DNA from: Tannerella sp.
GTDB lineage: Bacteria; Bacteroidota; Bacteroidia; Bacteroidales; Tannerellaceae
Direction: 5' to 3'
Assembly (NCBI GenBank): GCA_031289515.1
Contig: JAITPH010000194.1
Location: 1 to 36,639, forward strand
DNA: 36,639 nucleotides
Positions 1 to 11,400 of the stretch are shown here, piece by piece. Position 1 is the stretch's first letter. Each line of letters starts with the position of its first letter. The notes under the pieces were generated by a model that did not search any database, had not been told where the DNA came from, and was given only the letters and a program-made list of their open reading frames with translations. A program made the position numbers and the translations under genes.

Positions 1-34
1 CTCGGGGTCGTTGGTTCGAATCCGACAAGAGGCT
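1..34 (+). tRNA. 3' half of a tRNA truncated by the window edge, probably tRNA-Thr (anticodon not visible)
   Basis: Short variable loop GGGTC, T-arm GTTGG-TTCGAAT-CCGAC, 3' acceptor strand AAGAGGC plus discriminator T. The implied 5' end GCC and short variable arm fit Thr rather than Tyr (long arm) or Gly (GCG). No encoded CCA. Confidence 0.75.
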
Positions 35-80
35 CCGGATGAAGGATTTAGGCGCTTCGTGAAGGCGAAAAAAAAAGAAT

Positions 81-152
<72 letters not shown>

Positions 153-212
153 CTTTGAATAGAAAAAGAAGAAGGAGTAATCATTCTAATTATATAAAAG
201 ATATTTAAAATT

Positions 213-1409
213 ATGGCAAAAGAACATTTTAACAGGACGAAACCGCATGTAAACATCGGTACAATTGGTCACGTAGACCATGGCAAGACAACTTTGACGG
301 CAGCTATTACGAAAGTATTGGCTGAAAGAGGCTTCTCAAGCTCTGATGAAATAAGGTCTTTCGATCAGATAGATAATGCACCGGAAGAAAGAGAAAGAGG
401 TATAACTATTAACACTGCTCACGTTGAGTATCAGACCGAAAAGCGCCACTATGCGCACGTAGACTGTCCGGGACATGCCGACTATGTCAAGAACATGGTA
501 ACCGGAGCTGCCCAGATGGACGGCGCAATCATAGTAGTAGCCGCAACCGACGGACCTATGCCCCAAACGCGCGAACATATATTGTTAGCCCGTCAGGTGA
601 ACGTGCCCAAGCTGGTTGTATTCCTAAACAAGTGCGACGTAGTCGACGACGAGGAAATGATGGAATTGGTAGAAATGGAGATGCGCGAACTTCTTTCGTT
701 CTATCAGTTCGACGGCGATAACACGCCTATCATTCGCGGTTCTGCTCTCGGAGCATTGAACGGCGACAAGCAATGGGAAGAAAAAGTAATGGAATTGATG
801 GACGCCGTCGACGAATGGATACCGCTGCCTCCGCGCGATGTAGACAAACCGTTCCTGATGCCTATCGAGGACATATTCTCGATCACAGGTCGCGGCACGG
901 TTGCTACAGGTCGTATCGAGACAGGTATCGTCAGGACTTCCGATACGGTCGAAATCATCGGCTTAGGCTCTGAAGGAAAGAAATCTGTCGTTACGGGCGT
1001 CGAGATGTTCCGTAAGATACTTGACGAAGGTCAGGCAGGCGATAACGTAGGTCTGTTGCTTCGCGGCATCGACAAGAATGAAGTTAAGCGCGGTATGGTA
1101 CTTTGCCATCCGGGAAAAGTGAAACCTCATTCCACGTTCAAGGCAGAGGTTTATATCCTCAAGAAGGAAGAAGGCGGTCGTCACACGCCGTTCCACAACA
1201 AGTACCGTCCGCAGTTCTACATTCGTACACTGGACGTTACAGGCGAGATTAGCTTGCCCGAAGGCGTGGAAATGGTAATGCCGGGCGATAACGTAACTAT
1301 CGAAGTCGAGCTGATATATCCGGTAGCATGTAGCGTAGGTTTGCGCTTTGCTATCCGCGAAGGAGGCCGTACGGTAGGAGCCGGTCAGATTACGGAGTTA
1401 GTGGACTAA
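213..1409 (+). CDS. tuf: Elongation factor Tu
   Basis: [31 protein letters not shown] motifs; C-terminal [10 protein letters not shown]. Confidence 0.99.
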   Translation: MAKEHFNRTKPHVNIGTIGHVDHGKTTLTAAITKVLAERGFSSSDEIRSFDQIDNAPEERERGITINTAHVEYQTEKRHYAHVDCPGHADYVKNMVTGAAQMDGAIIVVAATDGPMPQTREHILLARQVNVPKLVVFLNKCDVVDDEEMMELVEMEMRELLSFYQFDGDNTPIIRGSALGALNGDKQWEEKVMELMDAVDEWIPLPPRDVDKPFLMPIEDIFSITGRGTVATGRIETGIVRTSDTVEIIGLGSEGKKSVVTGVEMFRKILDEGQAGDNVGLLLRGIDKNEVKRGMVLCHPGKVKPHSTFKAEVYILKKEEGGRHTPFHNKYRPQFYIRTLDVTGEISLPEGVEMVMPGDNVTIEVELIYPVACSVGLRFAIREGGRTVGAGQITELVD

Positions 1410-1425
1410 TTTATTGGTAATGAAC

Positions 1426-1453
1426 ATAGTCGGGCATGAAAATGTCCGGCTAT
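1426..1453 (+). other. 12-bp RNA hairpin with GAAA tetraloop between tuf and tRNA-Trp
   Basis: ATAGTCGGGCAT-GAAA-ATGTCCGGCTAT pairs fully with two G-U wobbles; no U-tract follows. Confidence 0.6.
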
Positions 1454-1457
1454 ATAC

Positions 1458-1530
1458 ACGGAAGTAGCTCAGTTGGTAGAGTACCGGTCTCCAAAACCGG
1501 CTGTCGGGAGTTCGAGCCTCTCCTTCCGTG
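1458..1530 (+). tRNA. tRNA-Trp(CCA)
   Basis: Acceptor ACGGAAG/CTTCCGT, anticodon arm CCGGT-CTCCAAA-ACCGG, T-loop TTCGAG; canonical tuf-trnW-secE context. Confidence 0.96.
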
Positions 1531-1551
1531 CCTAAATTAATTATTTATTCA

Positions 1552-1743
1552 ATGAAGAAGATAATAGGATATTTTAAAGATTCATACAACGAGCTTGTAC
1601 ATAAAGTTTCTTGGCCTACAAGGATCGAGCTATCCAACAGCGCTGTGGTCGTTTTATTTGCTTCCATCATCATAGCGTTAGTTGTATTTGCAGTCGATTT
1701 CGTTTTTGAGCATGCGATGCGTTTTGTTTACGACAACATTTAA
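1552..1743 (+). CDS. secE: Preprotein translocase subunit SecE
   Basis: ELVHKVSWPT motif plus one TM helix, between tRNA-Trp and nusG. Start moved to ATG 1552 because the ORF-track start lies inside the tRNA. Confidence 0.95.
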   Translation: MKKIIGYFKDSYNELVHKVSWPTRIELSNSAVVVLFASIIIALVVFAVDFVFEHAMRFVYDNI

Positions 1744-1749
1744 TCTGTT

Positions 1750-2292
1750 ATGTCTGACGTTCAACCTAAGTTTTATGTTCTTCGAGCTATAAGCGGAAAA
1801 GAGAACAAGGTGCGCGAATATATCGAGTCCGAGATGAAAAACTCGGACTTGGGACAGTATGTGTCGCAGGTACTTATTCCGACGGAGAAGACTTTTACCG
1901 TCCGTAACGGCAAAAAGGTTATCAAAGAGAGAGCCTATTTGCCGGGTTACGTACTGGTCGAAGCCAGCCTTGTCGGAGAGGTAGCCCATAGACTGAGAAA
2001 TATACCTAATGTGATAGGATTCCTTGGCGGTCTTGAGAATCCGGTTCCCCTGCGTCCGACAGAAGTCAACCGCGTTTTAGGCACGGTAGACGAATTGCAG
2101 GAGCAGGAGAACGAAATTGATCTTCAGTACTTCACGGGCGAGACGGTGAAAGTGACCTATGGTCCGTTCAACGGCTTCAGCGGAGTAATAGAAGAAGTGA
2201 ACGCCGACAGAAAGAAACTCAAAGTGATAGTCAAAATCTTCGGACGAAAGACTCCGCTTGAGTTGAGTTATGTGCAGGTAGAAAAGGAATAG
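1750..2292 (+). CDS. nusG: Transcription termination/antitermination factor NusG
   Basis: NGN domain (YLPGYVLVE) and KOW domain (GPFNGFSG..KIFGRKTPLEL). Confidence 0.98.
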   Translation: MSDVQPKFYVLRAISGKENKVREYIESEMKNSDLGQYVSQVLIPTEKTFTVRNGKKVIKERAYLPGYVLVEASLVGEVAHRLRNIPNVIGFLGGLENPVPLRPTEVNRVLGTVDELQEQENEIDLQYFTGETVKVTYGPFNGFSGVIEEVNADRKKLKVIVKIFGRKTPLELSYVQVEKE

Positions 2293-2330
2293 GACTTTTG
2301 TTACGGAGAGTCTGATGTCTTTCTTTGTGA
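2292..2330 (+). promoter_or_regulatory. Structured leader upstream of rplK (candidate ribosomal-protein autoregulatory element)
   Basis: TTACGGAGAG (2301-2310) pairs with TTCTTTGTGA (2321-2330) using G-U pairs; alternative stem GACTTTT (2293-2299)/GAGAGTC (2306-2312). Function inferred from position only. Confidence 0.4.
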
Positions 2331-2363
2331 TTATTTATACAGTATTAAAATTAAATTAAGAAA

Positions 2364-2810
2364 ATGGCTAAAGAAATTGCTGGACAACTTAAGTTGCAGA
2401 TCAAAGGAGGAGCCGCAAACCCTTCTCCACCCGTAGGACCGGCTTTGGGTTCTAAAGGTATTAACATTATGGAGTTTTGTAAGCAATTCAACGCCAGGAC
2501 CCAGGACAAAGGCGGTAAGATATTGCCTGTTGTAATTACTTATTATTCGGACAAATCGTTTGAATTTGTCGTCAAGACACCTCCTGTTGCAATCCAATTA
2601 TTGGAAGCCGCGAAGATAAAGAACGGCTCGGCGGAACCTAATCGCAAGAAAGTGGCGGAAGTCACATGGGATGCGGTTAGGCAGATAGCCGAAGACAAGA
2701 TAGTAGACCTTAATTGTTTTACTGTCGATTCAGCCATGAAAATGGTAGCAGGGACGGCGCGAAGTATGGGTATTACAGTAGATGGGACATTCCCGGGAGC
2801 AAACCAATAA
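2364..2810 (+). CDS. rplK: 50S ribosomal protein L11
   Basis: [12 protein letters not shown] and FCKQFNA motifs; synteny. Confidence 0.99.
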   Translation: MAKEIAGQLKLQIKGGAANPSPPVGPALGSKGINIMEFCKQFNARTQDKGGKILPVVITYYSDKSFEFVVKTPPVAIQLLEAAKIKNGSAEPNRKKVAEVTWDAVRQIAEDKIVDLNCFTVDSAMKMVAGTARSMGITVDGTFPGANQ

Positions 2811-2823
2811 AAAGTCAATTAAG

Positions 2824-3519
2824 ATGAGTAAACTTACAAAAAATCAGAAATTGGCTTCGGGTAAGATTGAGAGCGGGAAGGCGTATACATTGAAAGAAGC
2901 GACGGTATTAGTAAAGGACATAACTTTGGCTAAGTTCGACGCATCGGTAGATGTTGACGTTCGTCTCGGAGTAGATCCCCGTAAGTCGAATCAGATGGTG
3001 AGAGGCGTAGTCTCTCTGCCACACGGAACAGGAAAAGTAATCAGGGTTCTTGCGTTATGTACTCCCGACAAAGAAGCCGAGGCAAGCGCTGCCGGAGCGG
3101 ATTATGTCGGTCTGGATGAATATGTCGATAAAATCAAAGGAGGTTGGACCGACATAGACATCATTATCACGATGCCTTCCATTATGGGAAAAATAGGCGC
3201 ATTAGGACGAATATTGGGTCCGCGCGGATTGATGCCAAACCCTAAAAGCGGTACGGTAACAAACGATATAGGCAAGGCTGTACAGGAAGTGAAACAAGGT
3301 AAAATCGACTTCAAGGTAGATAAGACCGGAATCGTTCACTCGTCTGTCGGCAAAGTGTCGTTCACAGCGGATAAAATTTATGAGAATGTGAGAGAGTTCA
3401 TATCTACTCTGAACAAACTCAAACCAACAGCGGCCAAAGGCACCTATATGAAGAGTGTTTATCTTTCTTCAACGATGAGTCCCGGAATAAAGATTGACCC
3501 CAAGTCAATTGAAGATTAA
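2824..3519 (+). CDS. rplA: 50S ribosomal protein L1
   Basis: LPHGTGK and [16 protein letters not shown]; start taken at ATG 2824 (MSKLTKNQK). Confidence 0.98.
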   Translation: MSKLTKNQKLASGKIESGKAYTLKEATVLVKDITLAKFDASVDVDVRLGVDPRKSNQMVRGVVSLPHGTGKVIRVLALCTPDKEAEASAAGADYVGLDEYVDKIKGGWTDIDIIITMPSIMGKIGALGRILGPRGLMPNPKSGTVTNDIGKAVQEVKQGKIDFKVDKTGIVHSSVGKVSFTADKIYENVREFISTLNKLKPTAAKGTYMKSVYLSSTMSPGIKIDPKSIED

Positions 3520-3540
3520 TAACTTAAAAATTTTGAGACG

Positions 3541-4074
3541 ATGAAAAAGGAAGATAAAGGCAGAATCATAAGCGAGTTGACCGAACAGTTGAAGCAGTAT
3601 CCCCACATATATCTTACCGATATAGAAGCGTTAAACGCCGGCAGGACGAGTAAGCTGAGGAGAGAATGTTTCAAACAGGACGTCAAACTCATAATGGTAA
3701 AGAACACATTGCTTAAAAAAGCGATGGATAATGTAGAAGGCGTCGATTTTTCGGAATTGTATGCCGCGTTAAAGGGTAACACCGCCATCATGTTGGCAAG
3801 CGTAGCTAATGTACCTGCGCGCCTGATAAAGGATTTCACCAAGGATGCGAAAGCAAAAACGGTGCTGAAACCTACACTCAAGGGCGCATACGTTCAGGAA
3901 TGCTTCTATGGAGCAGACGATCTGGAAACATTGGCGACGATCAAGAGCAGAGAAGAGTTGATTGGAGATATAATAGGATTGTTACAGTCTCCGGCGAAGA
4001 ATGTTATTTCTGCTTTGCAGTCAAACGGTGGTCAAAAGATACACGGAATTTTAAAAACGCTCGAAGAGCGATAA
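3541..4074 (+). CDS. rplJ: 50S ribosomal protein L10
   Basis: VKNTLLKKA motif; between rplA and rplL. Confidence 0.97.
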   Translation: MKKEDKGRIISELTEQLKQYPHIYLTDIEALNAGRTSKLRRECFKQDVKLIMVKNTLLKKAMDNVEGVDFSELYAALKGNTAIMLASVANVPARLIKDFTKDAKAKTVLKPTLKGAYVQECFYGADDLETLATIKSREELIGDIIGLLQSPAKNVISALQSNGGQKIHGILKTLEER

Positions 4075-4118
4075 ACAATTATTATTTACAGATTACAAAC
4101 ATTTAAATCATAACTAAA

Positions 4119-4490
4119 ATGGCAGATTTGAAAGCTTTTGCAGAACAATTAGTGAATCTTACGGTAAAAGAAGTAAACGAATTGGCAACAATTCTAAAAG
4201 AAGAGTATGGCATAGAGCCGGCAGCCGCAGCTGTTGCTGTAGCCGCCCCTGCTGCCGCAGATGCGGTAGTCGAGGAAAAAACTGAATTTGATGTAGTGCT
4301 TAAAGCATCAGGCGCTAATAAACTTGCAGTTGTAAAACTGGTGAAAGAGTTGACAGGGCTTGGCTTGAAAGAGGCAAAAGATTTGGTAGACGGAGCTCCA
4401 AACAATGTGAAAGAGGGCATAGCTAAAGCTGATGCTGAAGATATCAAGAAAAAATTGGAAGAAGCCGGAGCAGAAGTTGAGCTTAAATAG
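4119..4490 (+). CDS. rplL: 50S ribosomal protein L7/L12
   Basis: Ala-rich hinge, [29 protein letters not shown]. Confidence 0.99.
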   Translation: MADLKAFAEQLVNLTVKEVNELATILKEEYGIEPAAAAVAVAAPAAADAVVEEKTEFDVVLKASGANKLAVVKLVKELTGLGLKEAKDLVDGAPNNVKEGIAKADAEDIKKKLEEAGAEVELK

Positions 4491-4519
4491 TTCATATATC
4501 CCTGTTGAACAGGTGAGAT

Positions 4520-4570
4520 GGTTGGGAATCTCCTGAAAAAGGAGGTTCTTGACCTTTCTGTGTCTATTTT
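4520..4570 (+). terminator. rplL-rpoB intergenic hairpin (attenuator-like weak terminator)
   Basis: 15-bp stem GGTTGGGAATCTCCT (4520-4534)/AGGAGGTTCTTGACC (4540-4554) with G-U pairs, followed by an interrupted U-rich tail TTTCTGTGTCTATTTT. Confidence 0.65.
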
Positions 4571-4601
4571 TATTATTAAGTTCAATTAATTCCTATAATA
4601 G

Positions 4602-7600
4602 ATGTCTTCAACAACTAAAACCCAACGAATAAATTTTGCTTCGATAAAAGATCAATTACCATATCCCGACTTTCTCGAAGTACAATTAAAGTCATTTCAA
4701 GACTTTCTCCAATTAGACATGCCCCCTGAAAAAAGAAAAAAGGAAGGGCTGTTTAAAGTATTTACCGAAAGCTTCCCAATAGCCGATACCCGAAACAATT
4801 TCGTATTGGAGTTCCTCGATTATTACCTGGACCCGCCGCGCTATTCGATGGAAGAATGTATTGCAAGAGGGCTAACGTATAGCGTTCCCCTGAAAGCAAA
4901 AATGAAACTTTATTGCACCGACCCGGAACATGAAGATTTCGAAACGATAGTGCAGGACGTTTATCTCGGGCCTATACCTTACATGACCAATCGCGGTACG
5001 TTTATTATCAACGGAGCCGAACGTGTCGTAGTTTCCCAGTTGCACCGTTCGCCGGGAGTATTCTTCGGCCAGAGCGTTCATGCTAACGGCACGAAACTCT
5101 ATTCGGCGCGTATCATACCCTTTAAAGGCTCGTGGATAGAATTTGCTACCGACATCAATAACGTCATGTATGCGTACATCGACCGTAAAAAGAAGTTGCC
5201 GGTGACGACTTTGCTCAGGGCGATAGGCTTTGAGAGCGACAAGGATATTCTCGAAATATTCAACCTCGCCGAAGAAGTGAAGGTCACAAAAGCAAATCTT
5301 AAAAAATATGCCGGACGCAAACTCGCTGCCCGCGTACTCCGTACATGGGTGGAAGATTTTGTGGACGAAGATACCGGCGAAGTAGTGTCGATCGAACGAA
5401 ACGACGTCGTCGTAGACCGCGAAGCCGTACTCAGCGAAAAAAATGTGGATGTAATTCTCGATTCGGGAACACAGAATATATTGTTACATAGAGAAGACCA
5501 AAATCTTAACGACTACGTAATAATCTATAACACACTGCAAAAAGATCCGAGTAACTCGGAAAAGGAAGCCGTATTGTATATCTATCGCCAGTTGCGTAAC
5601 GCCGAGCCGGCCGACGACGCCAGCGCTCGCGAAGTCATTACCAACCTGTTCTTCTCGGAGAAACGGTATGACCTTGGCGATGTCGGACGTTTTCGTATCA
5701 ATCGCAAACTGAACCTCAATATCAGCGATAACATAAAGGTATTGACCAAAGAAGATATCATCGAGATTATCAAATATCTCATACAGCTTATAAACTCGAA
5801 AGCGGTAGTCGACGATATCGACCACCTGAGCAACCGCCGCGTGCGTACTGTCGGCGAGCAGCTTTATAATCAGTTTGGTATCGGTTTGTCGCGTATGTCG
5901 CGTACCGTTCGCGAACGCATGAATGTCCGCGATAACGAGGTGTTTACGCCTATAGATTTGATTAATGCAAAAACGATTTCGTCGGTTGTAAACTCATTTT
6001 TCGGAACAAACGCGCTGTCGCAGTTCATGGATCAGACCAATCCTCTGGCGGAGATAACGCACAAACGCCGTTTATCGGCTTTAGGTCCCGGCGGATTGTC
6101 GCGCGACCGCGCCGGTTTTGAAGTTCGTGACGTTCACTATACCCATTACGGTCGCCTTTGTCCGATCGAGACGCCTGAAGGTCCTAATATCGGTTTGATT
6201 TCGTCCCTCTGCGTTTATGCAAAAATCAATGATTTGGGCTTTATAACAACGCCTTATCGAAAAGTGGAGAACGGAACGGTAGATTTTTCAAATGCAGCTC
6301 TGTCGTATTACACCGCCGAAGAGGAAGAAGCTAAAATAGTAGCTCAGGGTAACGCCCCGCTGGACGATAGCGGTCATTTCATTCGTGATAAGGTGAAATC
6401 GAGATATGAAGCGGATTTTCCTGTCGTGTCGCCTGAAGAGGTGCATCTCATGGACGTTGCTCCTACGCAGATAGCCTCGATAGCCGCCGCTTTGATTCCG
6501 TTCCTCGAACACGACGACGCCAACCGTGCGCTGATGGGTTCGAACATGATGCGTCAGGCAGTGCCGCTTATTCATACCGACGCCCCGATTGTGGGTACAG
6601 GTATCGAAGGTCAGGTAGCCTGCGATTCGCGCACGCAGCTGATGGCCGAAGGCCGCGGCGAAGTGGTATACGTGGATTCGACAACGATAAAAATCAGATA
6701 CGACCGCACTCAGGACGAGGAATTTGTCAGTTTTGAAGACGCCGTTAAGGCATATAACGTTCCCAAATGGCGTAAGACAAACCAGAGTACTACCGTCGAC
6801 CTGCGTCCTATTTGTGTTCGCGGTCAGCGCGTTGCCAAGGGCGAAATCCTGACCGAAGGCTATTCGATTCAAAACGGAGAGCTTGCGCTGGGTCGTAACG
6901 TGAAAGTCGCATACATGCCTTGGAAGGGATATAACTATGAAGACGCCGTCGTGCTTAACGAGCGCATCGTCCGCGAAGATATATTCACATCCGTGCATGT
7001 CGACGAATACATACTCGAAGTCCGCGAGACTAAACGAGGTATGGAAGAATTGACGTCGGATATACCAAACGTCAGCGAAGATGCAATCAAAGACCTTGAC
7101 GAAAGAGGTATTGTGCGCGTTGGAGCGCGTATCAATCCGGGCGATATTATAATAGGCAAGATTACGCCTAAGGGCGAATCGGATCCGTCGCCCGAAGAAA
7201 AACTTCTGCGCGCCATTTTCGGAGACAAGGCGGGAGACGTCAAGGACGCTTCGCTCAAAGCAACTCCGTCGCTGCACGGCGTCGTTATCGAAACAAATCT
7301 GTTCTCAAGAGTTATAAAGAAAAAGAATAGCCGCCAGACGGAAAAAACTCAAATGCCGAAAATCGAAGAAGAATATGCAAGCAAAATGTCTGACGTAAAG
7401 AAAATTCTTATCGACAAATTGCTGACGATTACAAAAGACAAAAATTCGCTCGGCGTTAAGGATTATCTTAACATGGATGTTATATCGAAAGGCTCGAAAT
7501 TTACGGAAAAAGCGCTTGAAGGTCTTGATTACAATACGATTCAGGTTAGTAAATGGACTTCCGACTCTCATATTAACGAGATGATTAAGAATCTTATCCT

Positions 7601-8414
7601 TAATTATCTGAAGAAATACAAGGAACTTGACGCCGAGTTGCGCCGTAAAAAGTACGACATCACAATCGGCGACGAACTGCCTACCGGTATAATTCAGATA
7701 GCAAAGGTTTATGTGGCAAAGAAACGCAAGATACAGGTCGGAGACAAGATGGCGGGACGACACGGAAATAAAGGTATCGTATCGAAAATCGTACGTCAGG
7801 AAGACATGCCTTTCCTCGAAGACGGCACTCCTGTCGATATCTGCCTGAATCCGCTCGGCGTACCTTCGCGTATGAACCTCGGACAGATATTCGAAGCCGT
7901 TCTCGGCTGGGCAGGGCAAGTTCTCGGAGAGAAATTTGCAACGCCTATCTTTGACGGCGCTTCGCTGGACGATTTGAACTCATGGACGGACAAAGCCGGC
8001 ATACCGCGTTACGGAAAAACATATCTGTACGACGGCGGCACAGGCGAGCGTTTCGACCAACCGGCAACGGTAGGCGTCACATACTTCCTGAAATTGGGTC
8101 ACATGGTCGACGACAAGATGCACGCCCGTTCGATCGGTCCGTACTCCCTGATTACGCAGCAACCGCTCGGCGGTAAAGCGCAGTTCGGAGGTCAACGCTT
8201 CGGAGAAATGGAGGTCTGGGCAATCGAAGCCTTCGGCGCTTCACATATCCTGCAGGAAATACTTACCGTCAAATCGGACGACGTCGTAGGACGCTCCAAA
8301 TCATACGAATCGATAGTGAAGGGAGAGCCGATGCCTAAACCGGGTATCCCCGAATCCCTAAACGTTCTTCTGCATGAATTGAGAGGTCTGTGTTTGAGTT
8401 TTACATTAGAATAA
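4602..8414 (+). CDS. rpoB: DNA-directed RNA polymerase subunit beta
   Basis: [47 protein letters not shown]. Confidence 0.99.
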   Translation: MSSTTKTQRINFASIKDQLPYPDFLEVQLKSFQDFLQLDMPPEKRKKEGLFKVFTESFPIADTRNNFVLEFLDYYLDPPRYSMEECIARGLTYSVPLKAKMKLYCTDPEHEDFETIVQDVYLGPIPYMTNRGTFIINGAERVVVSQLHRSPGVFFGQSVHANGTKLYSARIIPFKGSWIEFATDINNVMYAYIDRKKKLPVTTLLRAIGFESDKDILEIFNLAEEVKVTKANLKKYAGRKLAARVLRTWVEDFVDEDTGEVVSIERNDVVVDREAVLSEKNVDVILDSGTQNILLHREDQNLNDYVIIYNTLQKDPSNSEKEAVLYIYRQLRNAEPADDASAREVITNLFFSEKRYDLGDVGRFRINRKLNLNISDNIKVLTKEDIIEIIKYLIQLINSKAVVDDIDHLSNRRVRTVGEQLYNQFGIGLSRMSRTVRERMNVRDNEVFTPIDLINAKTISSVVNSFFGTNALSQFMDQTNPLAEITHKRRLSALGPGGLSRDRAGFEVRDVHYTHYGRLCPIETPEGPNIGLISSLCVYAKINDLGFITTPYRKVENGTVDFSNAALSYYTAEEEEAKIVAQGNAPLDDSGHFIRDKVKSRYEADFPVVSPEEVHLMDVAPTQIASIAAALIPFLEHDDANRALMGSNMMRQAVPLIHTDAPIVGTGIEGQVACDSRTQLMAEGRGEVVYVDSTTIKIRYDRTQDEEFVSFEDAVKAYNVPKWRKTNQSTTVDLRPICVRGQRVAKGEILTEGYSIQNGELALGRNVKVAYMPWKGYNYEDAVVLNERIVREDIFTSVHVDEYILEVRETKRGMEELTSDIPNVSEDAIKDLDERGIVRVGARINPGDIIIGKITPKGESDPSPEEKLLRAIFGDKAGDVKDASLKATPSLHGVVIETNLFSRVIKKKNSRQTEKTQMPKIEEEYASKMSDVKKILIDKLLTITKDKNSLGVKDYLNMDVISKGSKFTEKALEGLDYNTIQVSKWTSDSHINEMIKNLILNYLKKYKELDAELRRKKYDITIGDELPTGIIQIAKVYVAKKRKIQVGDKMAGRHGNKGIVSKIVRQEDMPFLEDGTPVDICLNPLGVPSRMNLGQIFEAVLGWAGQVLGEKFATPIFDGASLDDLNSWTDKAGIPRYGKTYLYDGGTGERFDQPATVGVTYFLKLGHMVDDKMHARSIGPYSLITQQPLGGKAQFGGQRFGEMEVWAIEAFGASHILQEILTVKSDDVVGRSKSYESIVKGEPMPKPGIPESLNVLLHELRGLCLSFTLE

Positions 8415-8439
8415 TTAACTCTTTATAAATCAAAAAGAT

Positions 8440-11400
8440 ATGGCATTTAGAAAAGAAACGAAAATAAAGAGTGACTTTACAAAAATCACTATCGGATTGG
8501 CGTCGCCGGAAGAAATCCTCGAAAATTCATTCGGAGAGGTGCTTAAACCGGAAACGATAAATTATCGCACGTATAAACCCGAACGTGACGGTTTGTTTTG
8601 TGAGCGCATATTTGGTCCCGTAAAGAATTATGAGTGTTATTGCGGAAAATACAAACGTATCCGCTATAAAGGCATAGTATGCGACCGATGCGGCGTTGAA
8701 GTTACGGAAAAAAAAGTGCGCCGCGAGCGTACAGGGCATATACACCTTGTAGTGCCGGCGGCTCATATCTGGTATTTCCGCACTTTGCCGAATAAAATCG
8801 GCTATTTGCTCGGATTGCCGTCCAAAAAACTTGACACCGTCATATATTACGAGCGCTACGTCATTATTCAGAAAGGAATCGCTGACGGTCATAACGACCT
8901 CGACCTCTTGTCGGAAGAAGAATACCTTCAGGTAATCGAAAGTCTGCCGAAAGAAAACCAGATGCTTGAAGATTCCGACCCGAACAAGTTCATTGCCAAG
9001 ATAGGCGCCGAAGCTATTTACGACTTGCTGGTACGTCTCGACCTTGACGCTCTTTCGTATGATTTGCGTAATCATGCAATGACGGATACGTCGCAGCAAA
9101 GAAAGAACGAGGCGCTCAAACGCCTTCAGGTCGTCGAATCGTTCCGCGCTTCAAAAGGTCGTAACAAACCCGAATGGATGATAGTAAAAGTAGTGCCGGT
9201 CATACCGCCCGAACTGCGCCCGCTCGTTCCCCTTGACGGAGGACGGTTTGCAACGTCCGACCTTAATGACCTGTACCGTCGCGTAATCATTCGTAATAAC
9301 CGTCTGAAACGTCTTATAGATATTAAAGCTCCCGAAGTAATCCTGCGTAACGAGAAGCGTATGTTGCAGGAAGCTCTCGATTCGCTGTTCGATAACTCGC
9401 GCAAATCAAGCGCGGTAAAATCGGATGCCAACCGACCGCTGAAGTCATTGTCCGACAGTCTGAAAGGCAAACAGGGACGCTTCCGTCAAAACTTGCTGGG
9501 TAAGCGTGTCGATTATTCGGCGCGTTCGGTTATCGTTGTCGGTCCCGAACTGAAAATGGGCGAGTGCGGTATACCGAAAGACATGGCGGCAGAACTTTAT
9601 AAGCCGTTTATTATCCGCAAACTTATTGAGCGCGGTATCGTCAAGACCGTTAAATCGGCAAAGAAGATAGTAGACCGTAAAGAGCCTGTAGTATGGGACA
9701 TTCTCGAATATGTAATGAAAGGACACCCTGTATTGCTCAACCGCGCCCCGACATTGCACCGTCTCGGTATTCAGGCTTTTCAGCCGAAAATGATCGAAGG
9801 AAAGGCAATACAGTTGCATCCGCTCGCATGTACGGCATTCAATGCGGATTTCGACGGCGATCAGATGGCTGTACATCTTCCGCTCGGAAATGAAGCTATA
9901 ATTGAAGCCCAGATGCTAATGCTTGCTTCGCATAACATTCTCAATCCGGCGAACGGAGCGCCTATTACGGTGCCTTCGCAGGATATGGTGCTTGGTCTTT
10001 ACTATATCACCAAGACACGCCCGAATATGAAAGGCGAAGGTTTTACGTTTTACGGACCGGAAGAGGCAACTATCGCCTATAACGAGGGAATACTTGATAT
10101 ACACGCAGTTATAAAAGTTTACGTAAAGGATTTGAACGAAAAGGGCGAACTGGTGAAGAAAATGATCGAAACCAGCGTAGGCCGTCTGATGGTAAACGAA
10201 TTTATACCGAAAGAATTTGGATTCGTAAATGAAGTATTGGGAAAGAAAGCGTTACGCGATATTATCAGCGGTATTATCAAAGTATGCGGCGTAGCCCGTA
10301 CCTGTCAGTTCCTCGATGATATAAAGAATCTCGGATATTACATGGCGTTCAAGGGCGGACTGTCGTTCAATCTTGCCGACGTGCTTATCCCTGAAGAAAA
10401 AGACGCGCTGGTTAAGGAAGGTTACGACGAGGTAGAACAGATTGTGGCGGATTACAGCATGGGATTCATTACCAACAATGAGCGCTATAACCAGATTATC
10501 GATACGTGGACGCACATAAACAGCCGCTTGTCGAAGATTCTTATAGATAAGTTAAGTTCCGATAACGACGGATTCAATTCTATTTATATGATGATGGATT
10601 CCGGAGCGCGCGGATCTAAAGAGCAGATACGTCAGCTTTCAGGTATGCGCGGTTTGATGGCAAAGCCGCAGAAGAGCGGTAGCGATGGCGGTCAAATCAT
10701 CGAAAACCCGATCTTGTCGAACTTTAAGGAAGGCTTGTCGGTGCTTGAGTACTTCATCTCTACGCACGGCGCTCGTAAGGGTCTGGCAGATACGGCTTTG
10801 AAGACTGCCGACGCAGGATACCTGACGCGCCGTCTCGTTGACGTATCGCATGACGTGATAGTAAACGAAGAAGATTGCGGCACGTTGCGCGGTCTGACCT
10901 GTACGGAGCTGAAAAACAACGAAGAAGTTATTGCCAAGCTCTATGAACGGATACTTGGGCGCGTTTCGGTACACGATATTATACATCCTATCACCGGCAA
11001 GACTATTGTCAAGGCAGGCGAGGAGATACGCGAGAATGAAGCCCAGATAATACAGGATTCGCCGATAGAAAGCGTCGAAATACGTTCGGTGCTCACCTGC
11101 GAATCGAAGAAAGGCGTATGCGCAAAGTGCTACGGACGCAATCTCTCTACCGGTCAGATGGTACAGAAAGGCGAGGTCGTGGGCGTTATTGCAGCGCAGT
11201 CAATCGGCGAGCCGGGAACGCAGCTTACGCTTCGTACATTCCACGTCGGCGGTATCGCTTCAAATATCGCTACCGAAAACAGCCTTCATTCGAAATACGA
11301 CGGTCTGCTCGAAATCGACGAATTGAGAACGGTTTATTCGATAGACGATAAATGCAACATTGTTGTAAGTCGCCTTGCCGAAATGCGTATTATCGAGCCG

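Noticed and set aside
4103-4585. 160-aa antisense ORF over rplL
   Set aside because: Mirror-frame shadow of a highly conserved gene.
6001-6100. rpoB rifampicin-resistance region
   Set aside because: Reads [23 protein letters not shown] with the usual sensitive Q, D, H, R and S residues.
6288-7919. Long antisense ORFs (329 aa and 204 aa) inside rpoB
   Set aside because: Shadow frames arising from sense-strand codon bias; no motifs. The same applies to the long antisense ORFs over rpoC, ftsH, the acyl-CoA synthetase, proA/argF' and yicC.
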